Positions 37,898 to 51,717 of a stretch of DNA of 64,000 nt are shown here, piece by piece (the stretch's first letter is position 1; the number at the start of each line of letters is the position of its first letter). The notes under the pieces are model-generated. The model saw nothing but the letters and a program-made list of their open reading frames with translations, was not told where the DNA came from and ran no database searches. Origin of the DNA: Euprymna scolopes (lineage: Eukaryota); assembly GCA_053919585.1 (NCBI GenBank), contig CM132822.1, one strand, 5' to 3'. The translations under genes and the position numbers were made by a program.

Positions 37898-38574
37898 ACC
37901 AAAAAAGAATCGATACAATCAGTATATATATAATTTATAGAACTCATTATGTCTCTCTATCTGTCTGTCTTCATATTTTTAAACTCTATCTCTCCCAAAA
38001 CTAAAAGACATAGAGTGGTGGTAGGGGCCTCAAATGATTGAATTTTTATGGACCATTCTTTTATGTGTCTTTAGCCGGTGAAAATCGTTTTTAAAGGGTC
38101 AAAGGAGGTTAAAATTGAAAAAATTCGTTATACATGTTGTACAATCATCTTAGTTTATTTTTAATCAGTTCATATTCGTGTCATACCAAACTACTCTGTT
38201 GATTTTCATTCTTCAGACTCGAGATTTGACATCAGGGGTATTGAGATTTGGAAAAATCTTTTTAATCGGTTTTCGGCCAGAAATTTGGCTGTCAAGGGGT
38301 CAAAGTTCAACGATTATACATGTTGTACAATCATCTTAGTTTATTTTTAATCAGTTCATATGCGTATCACGTTGGTACAGTGGTTGAATGCTACAGTTTT
38401 GCTTTCAGTTTCGATTCTAACTCATGGCACCCAAATACTGTTTTTTTAATTTTGAAATCACGACTATAATAATATATACAAAATTTGGACCAATTAAAAT
38501 ATCATATTTATGCGTATTTTACAACCAGGCAAAGCCAACCCCCGATAGTATATATATATATATATAAATGAAAT

Positions 38575-38632
<58 letters not shown>

Positions 38633-39169
38633 CATGCGCGCGCCTGTGTGTGTACATTTCCATACCAAACTACTTTGTCGATTTTCATTCTTCAGACTTG
38701 AGATTTGACATCAAGGATATTGAGATTTGGGAAAATCTTTTTAATCGGTTTTCGGCCAGAAATTTGGCTGTCAAGGGGTCAAAGTTCAACGATTTGACCT
38801 TTGAAAAATCTACCAAACTCCTCCGCCAATTTTGGGTCTAACCACTTTAAATTTTAGATGTAGGTTACTTGGACATGGATCAAACTTTTTAATTTGATTT
38901 GAGCCCAAAACAATAAATGTTAAAGGGTCAAAATTGGAGTCAAAGTTTTAAAAAATTGACCTCTGCGGTCTCTACCAAATTACTCCGTCAATTTTTAGTC
39001 TAAACATTTGAAATCTTGCATAAAGTGTATTCAAACATAAAAGTGGTGCAGCGAATTGAATTGTGGAGAAGTTCTGATACTTTGATTATTTTTTTACAAT
39101 ACATAGAGTGAATCCAAAATATTTTCTGGAATATTTTAATAGCAATAAAATATCGTTTAAACAAGTTTT

Positions 39170-39765
39170 TTTTTTTTTTTTTTTACACAGTGATCCCCAC
39201 TTATCAAGGCCCGGAAGCCACTCAGGGATAAGGGTTATTGCAAGTACATTACGTTAGTGTGGAGATTTGATGAAGTGTTTACTTAAGGGGGCGGTTCATC
39301 AGGAATTTGTTAACGTTGGACTTGAACACATCCAAATTGTAGTCCGGTGGGAAGCAGGCAGACGGAACAGAGTTCCACAGGCGTGCAGTTCTAAGAAAGA
39401 AGCTTTGTTCATGGAATCCGTGTTTTGATTTAGGCACAGATAAAGAGTGGGGGAAACTTTTGACAGTGGATTCAGCTAGACGGGTGTTGTTCGTGAAAGA
39501 TTGGCGAGGGGGGACCAGAGATTGGAGTTCAGACGAGCACCTGCTGTCAGCACATCTGCGGTAGATCTTGCAGAGCGGAAACCATATTGTGTGTCACTAA
39601 GAAGGTTATTCCTGTTGAGGTGGTTGACTATTTCTCTATTTAATATGGATTCCAGCAACTTACTCATAACACACAGGAGACTTATAGGTCTGTACTGAGA
39701 GGGAGATGACTTATCACCTGAATTCTTAAATACAGGGCAAACTGATGAGGTCTTCCAGGGAGTCG
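39170..39765 (-). mobile_element. Internally deleted CR1/Zenon-like LINE with poly(A)
   Basis: QYGFRSARSTADVLT is fused directly to the C-terminal region and 3' tail. Poly(T) on + at 39166-39184. Confidence 0.85.
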
Positions 39766-39894
39766 GAAAGCACTAAAGTAAAAACATATCAGAATATTTC
39801 ACTGAGTATTTGCCTTACTTTTGGTTACTTTCGATCATTTTCATACAAACTTCTGTATTGTTCAAACCCTCTAAAAGCAAAGTTACATTTTCAA

Positions 39895-41010
39895 CTATGG
39901 AAAACAAATTTTGAAATGAAACAATTTTTGATAAAACTGAAATGGAAATGAACACAAGATCTTTGACGTTTTGAAAAAAAGTTTATGAAGCCCATTCTCT
40001 AAAAGACTACAAATCTTTTCAGCAATTCAAAGGAAGAGAGCACTTTGAAGATGACTCTTGCTTGGGAAGACCGGAAAGTTAAAAAACAAAAAAAAACTGA
40101 TGACAAATCTGAAGCTGGTAAAAATTTCATGGAAGATGATCAACGAATAATTGTCAATCTTTCCTAAACATTTCCAATGGATCGATAAATTCAATTCTTC
40201 ATGATAATTTGGGACTGAGCACGCTTGCTTTCAACGCAAAAGATCCCAGAAGTGTTGTGACTTGATCAACAGAATCTTTAAGGTGATCTTAACATCATTC
40301 TCCATATTCTCTCCTGATGACCCAAACTTATCTGTAAGATGAAATATCCCCCCAAAACATGACTATATAAAGTTTACAAAAAGAGAAAAAAACAAACTAA
40401 GATATGCAATGAAATACCTCCCCCCCAGCACCATCCTATAAAACTTAGATGAGGAAAGCCCTAGGAAGGCGCCTTTTCTCTCTTGACATTAACTTTATCT
40501 GAAAAGAATTACTTCACAAGTGAAAACAACTGATAAACACCATTATATACAAGGATATAAGGTAAGCTGTTTCTTTCAAATACAACATCTTCTGTTGTTC
40601 ACTTGCTTCATGGCGAGTTTCTTCGACTGTTCTGGTAGTAATTTTTTTATCCTCATTAAACAAAACTGAAGCAGACGAAAATTATCACCGGAAATAAAAC
40701 GAATTCACCAGCATTATCCTGAGCCCCCCCCCCCCCCCAATCAAAATAATGGTTTTCACGTGAATCTTCAGAACCAATCAAGTTCAAATCTCAGAAGCAG
40801 GTCAAAAAGTGATGGCCACAGTTTTCTGGGATTCAGAGGATGTGGTACTGAGAGCTTATCCTGAAAATCAAAGAAGAGTAACAAGAATTGACTATACTGA
40901 AGTTTTAGGGAAACTAACGTAAGCTCCGATTAAAGGGAAACTTAATGATGCAACCCTGTTTCATCATGATAATTCACCAGCAAATGTTACAAAAAAAAAA
41001 AAAAAAAAGC
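39895..41010 (+). pseudogene. Heavily decayed mariner transposase
   Basis: Fragments LEDDSCLGRP (~40085 region), AGQKVMATVFWDSEDVVL (40797-40850) and LFHHDNSPA (40956-40982). Confidence 0.75.
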
Positions 41011-41917
41011 ACAGTTGAAAAAATCTTTAAACTGTCAAATTTGCAATTTTGAATTCTAATACCAACAGCGCTTTTTAAAACCCTTGTACCTGAGTGCCTC
41101 TTGGACCTAATGGAAAATTTAAAAAAAAAAAAGAACAGAAAACTAGCAAGACTCGTTCACGGAGGTTGCTCGCGAGAATCAAAGAAATTTATGCTCCCGC
41201 TATTGAACCCCATATAAATCTTTTTACCGAATTTTATAGTGTCCTATATATAATTTACAAATAATAATAAACATTCATTTAAACGTCTAGATCATATTAA
41301 ATCATTTTTTGGAGAGGATAATTATCAAAGTGTTTAATCTACAAGAATGCAAAAAAAAAAACCCCCCAAAAAACTTCATTAACGCTAACATTAACCTTAA
41401 GTTGGTGTGGCAATGCGAAAAAAATACGAAAATGGTGCATACAGTGGGTGCAACGAGACCATTAACAGTCAATTTATAGTCTAAGGAGTAAGTAAAAAGT
41501 CAATTTGACTTTTGAAAACATATTTAAAAATAATTGGATTTAATAAAAACAGGTAGAGTTTTAAAAAACTCAAAACTAAAAAGTAAACAGGATTGTTTGT
41601 CTTTTTAGCTAGATGCAAAGTGTAGTATCTGTTCTGATGCTTCTTATTATTTGGATTATTCGGATAAAAAGTAAAAATTGGAAAACTCAGTTGTAAGTTA
41701 CACAACACTCAAAATATAATTGTGAATTACTTAGGACTTTTACCCGGTCATAGATGACAGAACGAGAACATGCTACCCTCGTGAATTAAATAAATGGTTC
41801 TGTTTGAAATTCTAGGAAAAAAACAAAAAACAAAAGCATTCTTTCCACTATTCACTGAGAAGATCCTTTGTGTCCAATATGCACCTGAAGAACGTCAGAG
41901 ATTACATTAACTGAAAA

Positions 41918-42396
41918 GATTTTTTTTTTTTTTCACAAAGGTGTTGTTACCACTTATCAAGGCCCGGGGCCACTCACGGATAGGGGTTAATGTATATATA
42001 GTAGTCACTGAAATATTAGCGTAATAATCGTTAGTAGTGGAATTTTGGTATAATTGGTAAAAAAGAGGATGGTTCAACAAGAACTTGCTTATGTTGGACT
42101 TGAAGACGACAATATTTTAGTCAGCTGGAAAGCAGACCAGAGTTCCACAGGCGGGCAGTTCTAAGAAAAAAAGCGTTGTCTATGGAATCCACGTTTAGAT
42201 TTAGGCTCCGATAGAAAGTGGGGAAATTATTGATAGTGGTTTTGGCTAGACGAGTGTTTTTTATGAAAGATTGGCAGGGGGGGTACCATAGATTGGAGCT
42301 CAGACGAGTACTTGCTATGAAAATACCGATATAGCAGAGACAGGTTTGCAACGTCTCTTCTATGGGAAAGAGATTGCAAGCAAGAAAAAGTGGCAT
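41918..42396 (-). mobile_element. 5'-truncated CR1/Zenon-like LINE 3' end
   Basis: LQSLSHRRDVANLSLLYRYFH, RTARLWNS, family 3' tail and poly(A). Confidence 0.88.
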
Positions 42397-43791
42397 TGTC
42401 CAAATAGTTTAAATTCTCATAAAAAAAAAAAAAAAAAATCAGAAACATAATGTTCTGATACAAAACTTCATTTTTTTCTGTCCTCGTTCAGTAAAGAAGA
42501 CATCCTTCGAAATTGAGTCAAGTTAAATGTTTGTTTTAATCAAGAGTGTCTTTTTTGGAGAGCTGGATTTTTTCACATTAAAACCAACTTTGTGTTTAAC
42601 TTCGCGCGTGTGGGGAGACAAGTAAATCGGGACTCCCGGACGATGCCGGGTAGGCATATTTAGTAAAGTAATATAATAGAAAATACTTTCTTGGTAAGAT
42701 CTAAAATACTTACTTGTGTCATTTGCCGGTGTGAGCAAAGAAATCTATGGACGAGTGGACGGCGTCTATGGAGATCCACAATAAAAACAATACTTTTTTT
42801 TTTTTTTTAATCTTTTTATTTTTTTTCCCCATTAGTTGGTCGGGCAGGTTACTGCATTTTTCAAATTATTATTTTTATTAGTCGCCACGACAAGTGCTTT
42901 GCTTCCCCCTCTACCTTGATGTCCTGGGTGGTTCGGGTGGACGTGTTATTTCATTAGTTACGTGTATTTCCACCCTATCTTGATTGCCGATGTCAGATGT
43001 CAGAGTTCGAACTCAGGGTAACCTCAACGTTTTCATTCATATCGATTTGTTTGCTAAATAGGAAAATTCGTTTTTGATCGAATGCTAGAAATGAAGTAAG
43101 TCTAAAAGATCAATAACGCAATTGCATTCTCGTGTGGACAGTCGTAATAGTTTGTTTTAATGTGTAGACTCATTGTTTACATGTGTTGATGTTGTCAACG
43201 ACTATTAAATACCCATAGTTACTGAGGAGAAGATGAAAAAAAAACAACAACAAAAAAAACTGGACATTTCTTTACAATTATTAGCCCGTCATAAAAAAGG
43301 TGCTTCTACAGAATTTAAACCGAACTAAACCGAGTTTATAGAAACAAAAACTTAAATTAGGGTTAGTTTAGAGCGAGGTTATAGTAATAAAAAAAAAAAA
43401 AAAAAAAAAAATAGTTCGGTTCAAATTTTGTAGTAGTAGCCCCCCCCCTCAAAAATGACAGCACTTAAACAAACAAAAAAATATATTGAATTTCAATTGA
43501 AACAAATGGTAGTTTATGTTTTTTTTTTTTTTTTTTTGGATGTGTTACTATTTGCGACATGACAATTACGTAGGTACAGATTGTTTCACTTGAAATTCAA
43601 TTTTTTTTAATGTTTGTATAATATAGAAGCGCCAAAATGACTAAAAAAATTATTTTGTATCGATTTTTTTTTTTTTTTTTTTTTGGTATTATTTGGACTT
43701 TTAGTGTTTAGATGCTTTTAGGGTATAAACTAAGAAAATAAATAATTCAATACAAGCTTCTGAAATGACGAACACAAACAACTTCATAAAA

Positions 43792-44330
43792 TGTAACACA
43801 TAACAGGTTTATTAAGGAGAATGTGTACTTGTACCGGCGGGTACCGCTGTCTGACCGGTGATATGTTCCTGGTCAACTCCGGCTACCTGGTGCTATCACG
43901 GTAGTTATTCCAGTGAAATCGTCAATGCCGGTTGAAATAACACCGAGGTGGAGAGAGAGCGAAGAAAAATGGTCCGTTCCGTTTGGTGTCTATCAGTAAG
44001 GGTATTTATTTGCTCCCCCACCGAGCAAATTAGGCACAAGGCCGATTTTTAAAGTGAGGAGTGAAGGGGAAATGGGGACCAACTCCCCGGGGAGTAGGGG
44101 AGCTGGGTAGTGACAATTGGTATGAAGGGTTGCTCCTACATTGACCAAGGTCTTTGCTGGTCTTTGCTTGACACTTATTGCCCAGGCCCCGGGCCTGACT
44201 TACGTCAGAGTAAAGAAGATTCTTCAAACGGAATGCTGGCCGAATTCCTTAGGGGATAGAAAGGAATGCGCTGTCCCTGATTGGTCAGTATGTGGCCAAA
44301 TAGCACAGGGGAGATGTATTGATTCGCAAA
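43792..44330 (-). mobile_element. Possible solo LTR
   Basis: GC-rich island starting TGTAAC, with minus-strand AATAAA (43807) and a CCAAT-like site. No clean TSD. Confidence 0.3.
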
Positions 44331-45124
44331 AGAAAAAAGTCCCATTTGTTTCTGACTGTTCTCGTCGCGACGTTTCGACCGATGTAACTTTTCATCTTCT
44401 TCAGATGCATCTTGTCAAACTCTAGAATCATTTTGTTGAACGATATTTTCGAAAAACAATATTATGTACTTAATTGTCATGTCGAAAATATTAATATATC
44501 CACAAATTACAAAAATTCATCCAGTAGTAGAACAACTGTTATTGTGTTATTAGTAAAAAAAAAAAAAAAGAAAAAAAAAAAGAAAAAAATGAAAAAAGAA
44601 AAAAAAAGAAAAAAAAAGAAAAAAAAGAAAAAAGTCTATCGCTATAGGTTAAAAATGTCGGAAACCATCACGGTGTAAATGTAAATTTTGCGTTCCGAGT
44701 TATGTGTGTGAACTCTTCGTCGTCTACTTCAAATAGATACGGTCAATAATGGCGGGAAAAAGACAGGGGGACATAGTTTTGAAAGCCGGTTTATCATCAT
44801 TTCTTTGTAGGTTTCCGACTACTTTTTGATTGTATTTGAAAGATTAAAGCATAAAGTTAATTTCCAATAGAAAAAAAATATTTGTACACGTGAAAAAATA
44901 GTTATAGTGAAAAATGTTTTCCCGGAGACATTCGGAAACTGACTCGTTCAGCTAAATAAATTCCTTGTAAAAATCCCTTGAAAGATAAATATTAGTTTTC
45001 TGGGTCTATTTCAAAGATAATTAGTAAAGTCCTAAGATATTGAATTCTCTAACCCCACCTCCATTCCCTCATTACCACATCACTGCCCCCTTCCAAAAAA
45101 GAGTGAGACCAAATAGCCAAGTAG

Positions 45125-45431
45125 TCAAGGAGAAAGTAAAGACCGAGGAGTGAGCACTGACCAGACCTCCACTGTATATATGCAAAGAGAACTGGGACCT
45201 TGGGGAGGCTTATTGCCACTCAAATTCCAGTAAAGACCAATGGCCGCTGCCAACGAGAAATCAATGGCGAGCAGTTGTTGCGATAATGCAAATTTATTTG
45301 CAAATGGTATCGAAAGAGATGGAGAGTACTGGAAAATCTGGGGAGACTTGTTTTCACTCAGCTTCCAGGGAACACCACAGGCTATATTCAATGAGATCTT
45401 TGAAACCCTGTGTGAAAGCTCCTTGTGAGCC

Positions 45432-45477
<46 letters not shown>
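45125..45477 (+). mobile_element. Short retroposon with (AAT)n tail, copy 2
   Basis: Homologous to 32696-32995. Ends in (AAT)15. Confidence 0.72.
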
Positions 45478-45480
<3 letters not shown>

Positions 45481-46799
45481 TTTGTTTGTACAAAAAAATA
45501 GCTTAATTAGCCTCCAAAAGCAAGAAATTCTAGCTTTGTGTAAGCAAACAAAAACAAACTAAATTGGCTAAGAATGCGATCTATGGAAGCCCAAAATATC
45601 AAAAAGTCAAAAGGCTGTCTGAAAATGACGTCAGGTAGTTGGAAGGAGATAGGGAGTGTTGGTTTTCTCCTTTTTTTCCCCCCAGTCGTACATCCATGCA
45701 TTCATATCGTGAACGTTTGTATAATTTTTACCATTTTTTTAAATTTAATTATTTTTCTGTGTCCCTGCTTGTGAACAAAAATTTTAAAAATTTATTTCTC
45801 AAGATTATATAAAAACTAGCAGGACCCGGTAACCAGTGTTGCCCGGTAGAAGCCTGCACCCCCCCCCCTTCGCAAAAAAGTAAACTATGGTTGTTGTTGG
45901 TGGCTACTGCCGTTCCTGAACAATTGCGGACACTGGTGGTTGTGGCTGAAATGAAATAATTTGGCTTTCACTGGCGATTAGTGCTGGTTTGGGGCGATAA
46001 CATGCAGGTACTGTTTGAATCTAAAGAAGCAATTAAGGGAATGCATAAATGAGTATGAATTAATAAAATTACGAAAAATGGTCCATTAGGATAATAATGG
46101 AAAGTAAAAACAAGTTTTAGAAGTTAGGGATTCTCACTGCATATGAACTGTTTAGATCGAAATCAGTGGAAACAGTTCTAGCTGTTTCTGTTTGTTGTTC
46201 AAGTACTAAGCTAATTAAGGAATACATAAAACTTAGGCACATCACGATAATTAGCCAATACATGACCCCGAAAATGTGGCAGTGGTACATGTTCATTCAC
46301 ACAATTCTAAGGCAGCACGTTCAGGATTGCAGAACACAATGTGAAAGGAGATCACTGGTACATCTCTGAGCAAACACCAGCGTGATTACACTGAGGGTCT
46401 TATGTGAATGTATACTGTCAGAAATAGCACGCATGAAACAACGACAAGCAAAGAATGAATACAAGATCATACACGTATGTAAAAAAAGACTTTCATTTAT
46501 TGATTTGTGTTTCTTGATCTCTTACTGGCAAAACTGCACAACTACAACGAGTATGCATTTGTTGGAAATGACATGTAAAACTGTTTGTCTAACCTTTTGT
46601 GTTATGAAAATGTCACGTTACCATCTAATGTTCTAATTTGCATAGAAACAGAAGTGGTAAAAACTGGAAGCTTTGGAATTTCACTGCTGCATCAGGGGAC
46701 ATCATACATAAAAACATGGGATGAAGACTGCTAGTATCTAAAACAGCGCTTACCTCCCTTGAAATCAAGTGTTAAAACAGAGTGAATACCTTGACGTCT

Positions 46800-47310
46800 A
46801 TTTCTGATGTGTGATAAATAGTTGTATTATTTGGATTATGCAGATTTATTATGCCCTTATCTTGGATGTTATTCGCACAATGCTTCATCCAATGTAATTT
46901 TTGGCTTTCTTCAGGTGTGTCTCATCGAATTTGGCAATCAGTATGTCAACCTCAAAAATATGTTCGGAATTCCGAACGAAACCTTTTATTTAATCCATGG
47001 GTTAAGCCTGCTCTTGTTCCATTAGTCTGATGTAGTTCGTAATTGTGTTCTTTATATTGCTTGTGGGGCAATGATTAAGTAATAATCAGTTTTAAGTGAT
47101 AGTCTTCTAGAGGTTGAAGGTTCAATCCTCATTTTGAGTGAAAGGTTCTGTTTAAAATTTCATACAGATTTCGACATAGATTATTGAGTTACAAAAATTA
47201 CACTTGAAAAAGGTCGGAGGTTACATCGGTTGAAATGTTTTGAGAATAAAATCCAAGATGAGAACAGTAGTCCAAATAATCTAAATCATCAATCCTTATC
47301 TCAAAAAGAA
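46800..47310. mobile_element. Head-to-head pair of a tRNA-box plus degenerate-hammerhead repeat family
   Basis: Minus strand cacctgaagaaagcc...tgaagcattgtg. Plus strand gaggttgaaggttcaatcct...cacttgaaaaaggtcggaggttacatcggttgaaatg. Related copies at 16380-16615, 41715-41925, 44345-44420 and 62625-63190. Confidence 0.65.
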
Positions 47311-48514
47311 ACATAATGAATAATTACCTACATTTTCTATTCTAGATAAAAACCATAGAAAATGGATGAAAAAGAAGACGGAATAAATGTCCATCATGTT
47401 GAACAGAATCCTTCAGCGTTTCTCCTTTGGATGCAGGCTGTAGAGAAGAGTCCTTCCTCCCTAAAGAATCCAACTCCTAACTAGGATGCTAACATCCAGA
47501 ACAACTTTAAACTTTAAACGATGATTGAAACTCTCTGCGAATAATTGTACCCTTTATGAATTGCTCTTATGTACCCTCTCACTCTTCCGAGATATTCCTG
47601 GATGGGCGAAATTAGTTTGGAGAAATACTTTGAAGAGTCTTCTGATTTGAAAAATTGTTGTCTGAAGATGCCTTGAAGTAAGCATAAACAAGTTGCATAA
47701 CTGAAATTATTGAGTGAACTGAGGAACTCATTCCAAGATAAAAAAAAAGGTCAATGTTATATATGTCAGGGCTGCTGTTTCTAATACATGATGCTCAAGC
47801 ATTGGTGAGTTTAGCCACTTTATCATGAATATAATAGGCATAACCACTCAATGACACGTATAGATACCTCAGAAATGAGGGTACATAGAAGATCAAGGAA
47901 GACCTGGCTTAAGTGCGTATGAAGTTATCAACCCTTTGGATCGGACACAAGGAAAGCAAGCGTGAAATGTTACCTGATGTTGCTCACCCTAGAGTCTGGA
48001 TCACTTGCAGCATGGTAAATATGAAACCGAAGGAGAAGGAGAAGGAAGATGACTCAAAAGTCCATTTACCTTTTTCTCTCTTTTCTGACTATCAAATTTC
48101 TCGCTCGTTTTCCTTTCTTTTGGTTGAATCCCTAAACCGACAACATCGTTTGTCCACAGCTTCTATTTCTGTGATATGAAGTCTGTTTTCATCGGAATAG
48201 TTCTGTTGAAGTGCCTTTGAGGCATTCCTCTCTTCCAGATTAGTTCTATCAACATGTCTCTTTGGTTAGTCTACCTTTCAAATCTTCACATATTAGGAAA
48301 CCCTGACATGTCTACATACTTTGATGCATTATTTGTAAGCATAAATAAATCCTGATTTATTTTTCATTTCTCGTTTTGTTTTTCTTTTATTTATATGCAA
48401 GAAATATATTTAAAAAAAAAACTGATAATAATTATATATGAAACTATAAGAGTATCTGTCGTAGGCCTTACATTTGTACAGTTGTTAGTGTGAGTTGAAT
48501 TTCAGAAACTGGAA

Positions 48515-49180
48515 TTAACCATTTTGTAGAGATAACCGTGTCTTGGTTTTCTTGAAATGAAGAAGAAAAAGATTCACCGAAAATTGTAGAGGTTCACGCA
48601 AGAATATCAACATTTTCTTTACAATGAAATCAACTTTATTTAACAGTTTCATTAAACAGAACATGAACATACCAATATATGCAACAAGGCAAGTTGGTTC
48701 AGCAGGCATGTATTATATAAATGTAACTGAGTCCAGGGTTTTAGTTTTCGTAAGTTATTAATATCTTTAAATACTTATTCATACTATTTTTTTAAATTTA
48801 ATTTTTTTGTTTCATTTTTGGTTCCTCCTATGCCACTGAAGCATAAGGAACTACAGTGATAGGGATCAGATTTAGTATAAATTTGTAGAGTAGTTGGTTG
48901 ATTGATTGGTGTTATGAGTTTCTTGTAGGAGACTGGAGATAACCATTTTGTGCAAACAGCCATGTCATTATATATTTGACCTAACTTGAGATGAAAAAAA
49001 AAGTTCACCAAAAATGTAGAAGTTCATTTAGAAATACTAACATCCATACAATGAAATCAACCTTATGCAACAATCTTGTTAAACAAAACAGGAACATAGG
49101 AATACAGCAATGTAAAGCAAATTGGTTCGGCAGACATGTATTAAAGTAGAAATGTAATTGAGTCCAGGTTTATTAGTCTC
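48515..49180. repeat. Old tandem duplication, unit spacing ~425 bp
   Basis: taaccattttgt...ttcacc.aaaa.tgtaga.gttca...tacaatgaaatcaac...ttggttc.gcag.catgtatta...tgagtccagg occurs twice. Confidence 0.75.
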
Positions 49181-50247
49181 ATCTTTATTCGTGCTTCTCA
49201 TTATCATGAGGTTATCACATATGTCTACATTGATTTTTCTACAAGAACTGATCAATTTGCATATTGACTTGGAAAGCTGGGGACATGCAAAAGGTTATGC
49301 ATTGTCTAATATATTTTTATGTGTCTATTTTAACCAACCGAATCACATCCTAATCACTACATAAGAAATTGCTTAGAAATACAAAAGAAGGAAGATCTAC
49401 TGATAAAATCTCATTTGTTAAAAAAGATGTGAAAGGTGATAATTTATATACAAATGTGAATGTAGCCTGCAAGAATAGTACCCTGATGAATAAAAATAGC
49501 AGTTTTAAAGATGTTGCTAATTTTTTCGTTTGGAAACTAGAACAATGGAAACAATTAAAAAAGAACAACAACTAACTCCATTAATTGCTCTCGGCTCTAG
49601 TTTGCTTCTTACACTAATTTGTAGTAAGTACATCATAGTAAACTGCATCTTTTCTCTTCCATATCTTCCAAAAGTACGTCTGATCACTCCGATGCTTAAT
49701 TTTCTAAAAGCAGGAACTTTTCAGCTTTTCTGCTACATACTTCCTCCCATGACTCCATATCCTGCCATGCAGGTCTATTTCTACAATTCTAAATGACAAA
49801 GAAAGAAGGGTACACTTGCTGGGTACAATAGAAGAGAAGAAAAGAGAATAGAGGAAAATGTAAGAGTTGTGAAAGAGAATTGCACATAACACAAAAAACG
49901 TTATAAAATGACAATTTTTTTTTTTTATAATTGATCAACTTTATTTCATATTGGCAACATGTTAAGACAATAAAATAAATAGTTAAATGAATACAAATGT
50001 TCAACGAGTCCGGGTAAAGTTCTAGGAGAAAGAAAAGTGTTTATCTGTATGTAGAAACCGACTACATGTGTTTGTTTTGGTTGCGTGTAAATGGGATAGG
50101 CATAAAGATGTGTGTCTGTGTATTAGCTGCCTGGTTTGCCAGTGTGATAGTGTAGGCATAAACTTAGGTGTATGTGTTTGTTTAGCATATAAGTCGCTAT
50201 GTTTAGTAGTTCATCTCTTGTCATATGTGTGCTATTTGCTGAGACAC

Positions 50248-50298
<51 letters not shown>

Positions 50299-50510
50299 CG
50301 TTTTATTTTTTATTACCGTATTTTTCAGTTAAGTTACATTATTGTTTCGGCTACACGACCACTTTTTGGCCGTCATGTAGCTTCCTCAGACTTTTACAGA
50401 AATCTGTTTCTGTAAAAGTCTGAGGAAGCTACATGACGGCCAAAAAGCGGTCGTGTAGCCGAAACAATAATGTAACTTAACTGAAAAATACGGTAATAAA
50501 AAATAAAACG
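50299..50510. repeat. 104-bp inverted repeat with a 4-nt spacer, one hammerhead motif per arm
   Basis: 50299-50402 is the reverse complement of 50407-50510 with one mismatch. Confidence 0.95.
50416..50478 (+). ncRNA. Type I hammerhead ribozyme (mirror copy at 50331-50393 on -)
   Basis: AAGT-CTGAGGA-a-GCTACATGAC...GTCGTGTAGC-c-GAAA-CA-ataa-TG-TA-ACTT. Confidence 0.8.
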
Positions 50511-50569
50511 CATATTTGCTCTACAACAGTATTGAGCACTTTCTTCAGGTTTTTATTAATTACCATTTC

Positions 50570-50632
<63 letters not shown>

Positions 50633-50790
50633 AGAAGAAGCATTAATGAAAACTGTAAGCAAACATTTACATGTAAAATTTATTTTTCGCCAGAATGCCT
50701 CAAAGATGATGAATAAATCCTTATTCTATGGAGTTTCAAAGAATGCAAAATTCTTCTCATCAGAGGAAATTTATACATATAGCAAAGCTA

Positions 50791-51338
50791 AAAATTTGCT
50801 GGTGTATGAAACGACATTATATGAAAAAAATATATCTGTAAATTGTTTATAAAAATGAATAAAAATGAAAAACAAAAATTTGCTGGTGTATGAAACGACA
50901 TTATATGAAAAAAATATATCTGTAAATTGTTTATAAAAATGAATAAAAATGAAAAACAAAAATTTGCTGGTGTATGAAACGACATTATATGAAACAAATA
51001 TATCTGTAAATTGTTTATAAAAATGAATAAAAATGAAAAACAAAAATTTGCTGGTGTATGAAACGACATTATATGAAAAAAATATATCTGTAAATTGTTT
51101 ATAAAAATGAATAAAAATGAAAAACAAAAATTTGCTGGTGTATGAAGCGACATTATATGAAAAAAATATATCTGTAAATTGTTTATAAAAATGAATAAAA
51201 ATGAAAAACAAAAATTTGCTGGTGTATGAAACAACATTATATGAAAAAAATATATCTGTAAATTGTTTATAAAAATGAATAAAAATGAAAAACAAAAATT
51301 TGCTGGTGTATGAAACGACATTATATGAAACGACATTA
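50791..51338. repeat. 84-bp tandem satellite, about 6.3 near-identical copies
   Basis: Period 84 (tttgctggtg at 50795, 50879...). Explains the 28-aa repeat ORFs. Confidence 0.96.
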
Positions 51339-51639
51339 AGGATCAAGTTTGGAAGTATTCCAATCCAATATGGGTAAGATGAATAATACGAAGTAGTTCA
51401 AATAAATTAGATCCATCGTTGAAAGGCCCTGAATAACATGGGATATCAGGTACGAGTCAAAAACAGGAAAAAGCCAGCCTTGATCCTTCCATGCTGCAAA
51501 ATAAGCTCTACTTCCTATTGTTGTTGTATTGAGTTTTTGGTTGGGATTAATATAAATATATTGAGGTTTACATTTGCTTTTGTCTAGTAAACTTTTCTTA
51601 TCTACTGCATGATTACTGTATATATATATATGGAAAGTT

Positions 51640-51717
<78 letters not shown>

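Noticed and set aside
50771-51346. 191-aa and 182-aa ORFs with 28-aa repeats; CRISPR-like periodicity
   Set aside because: Pure 84-bp tandem satellite with no unique spacers. The ORFs arise because the period is a multiple of 3.
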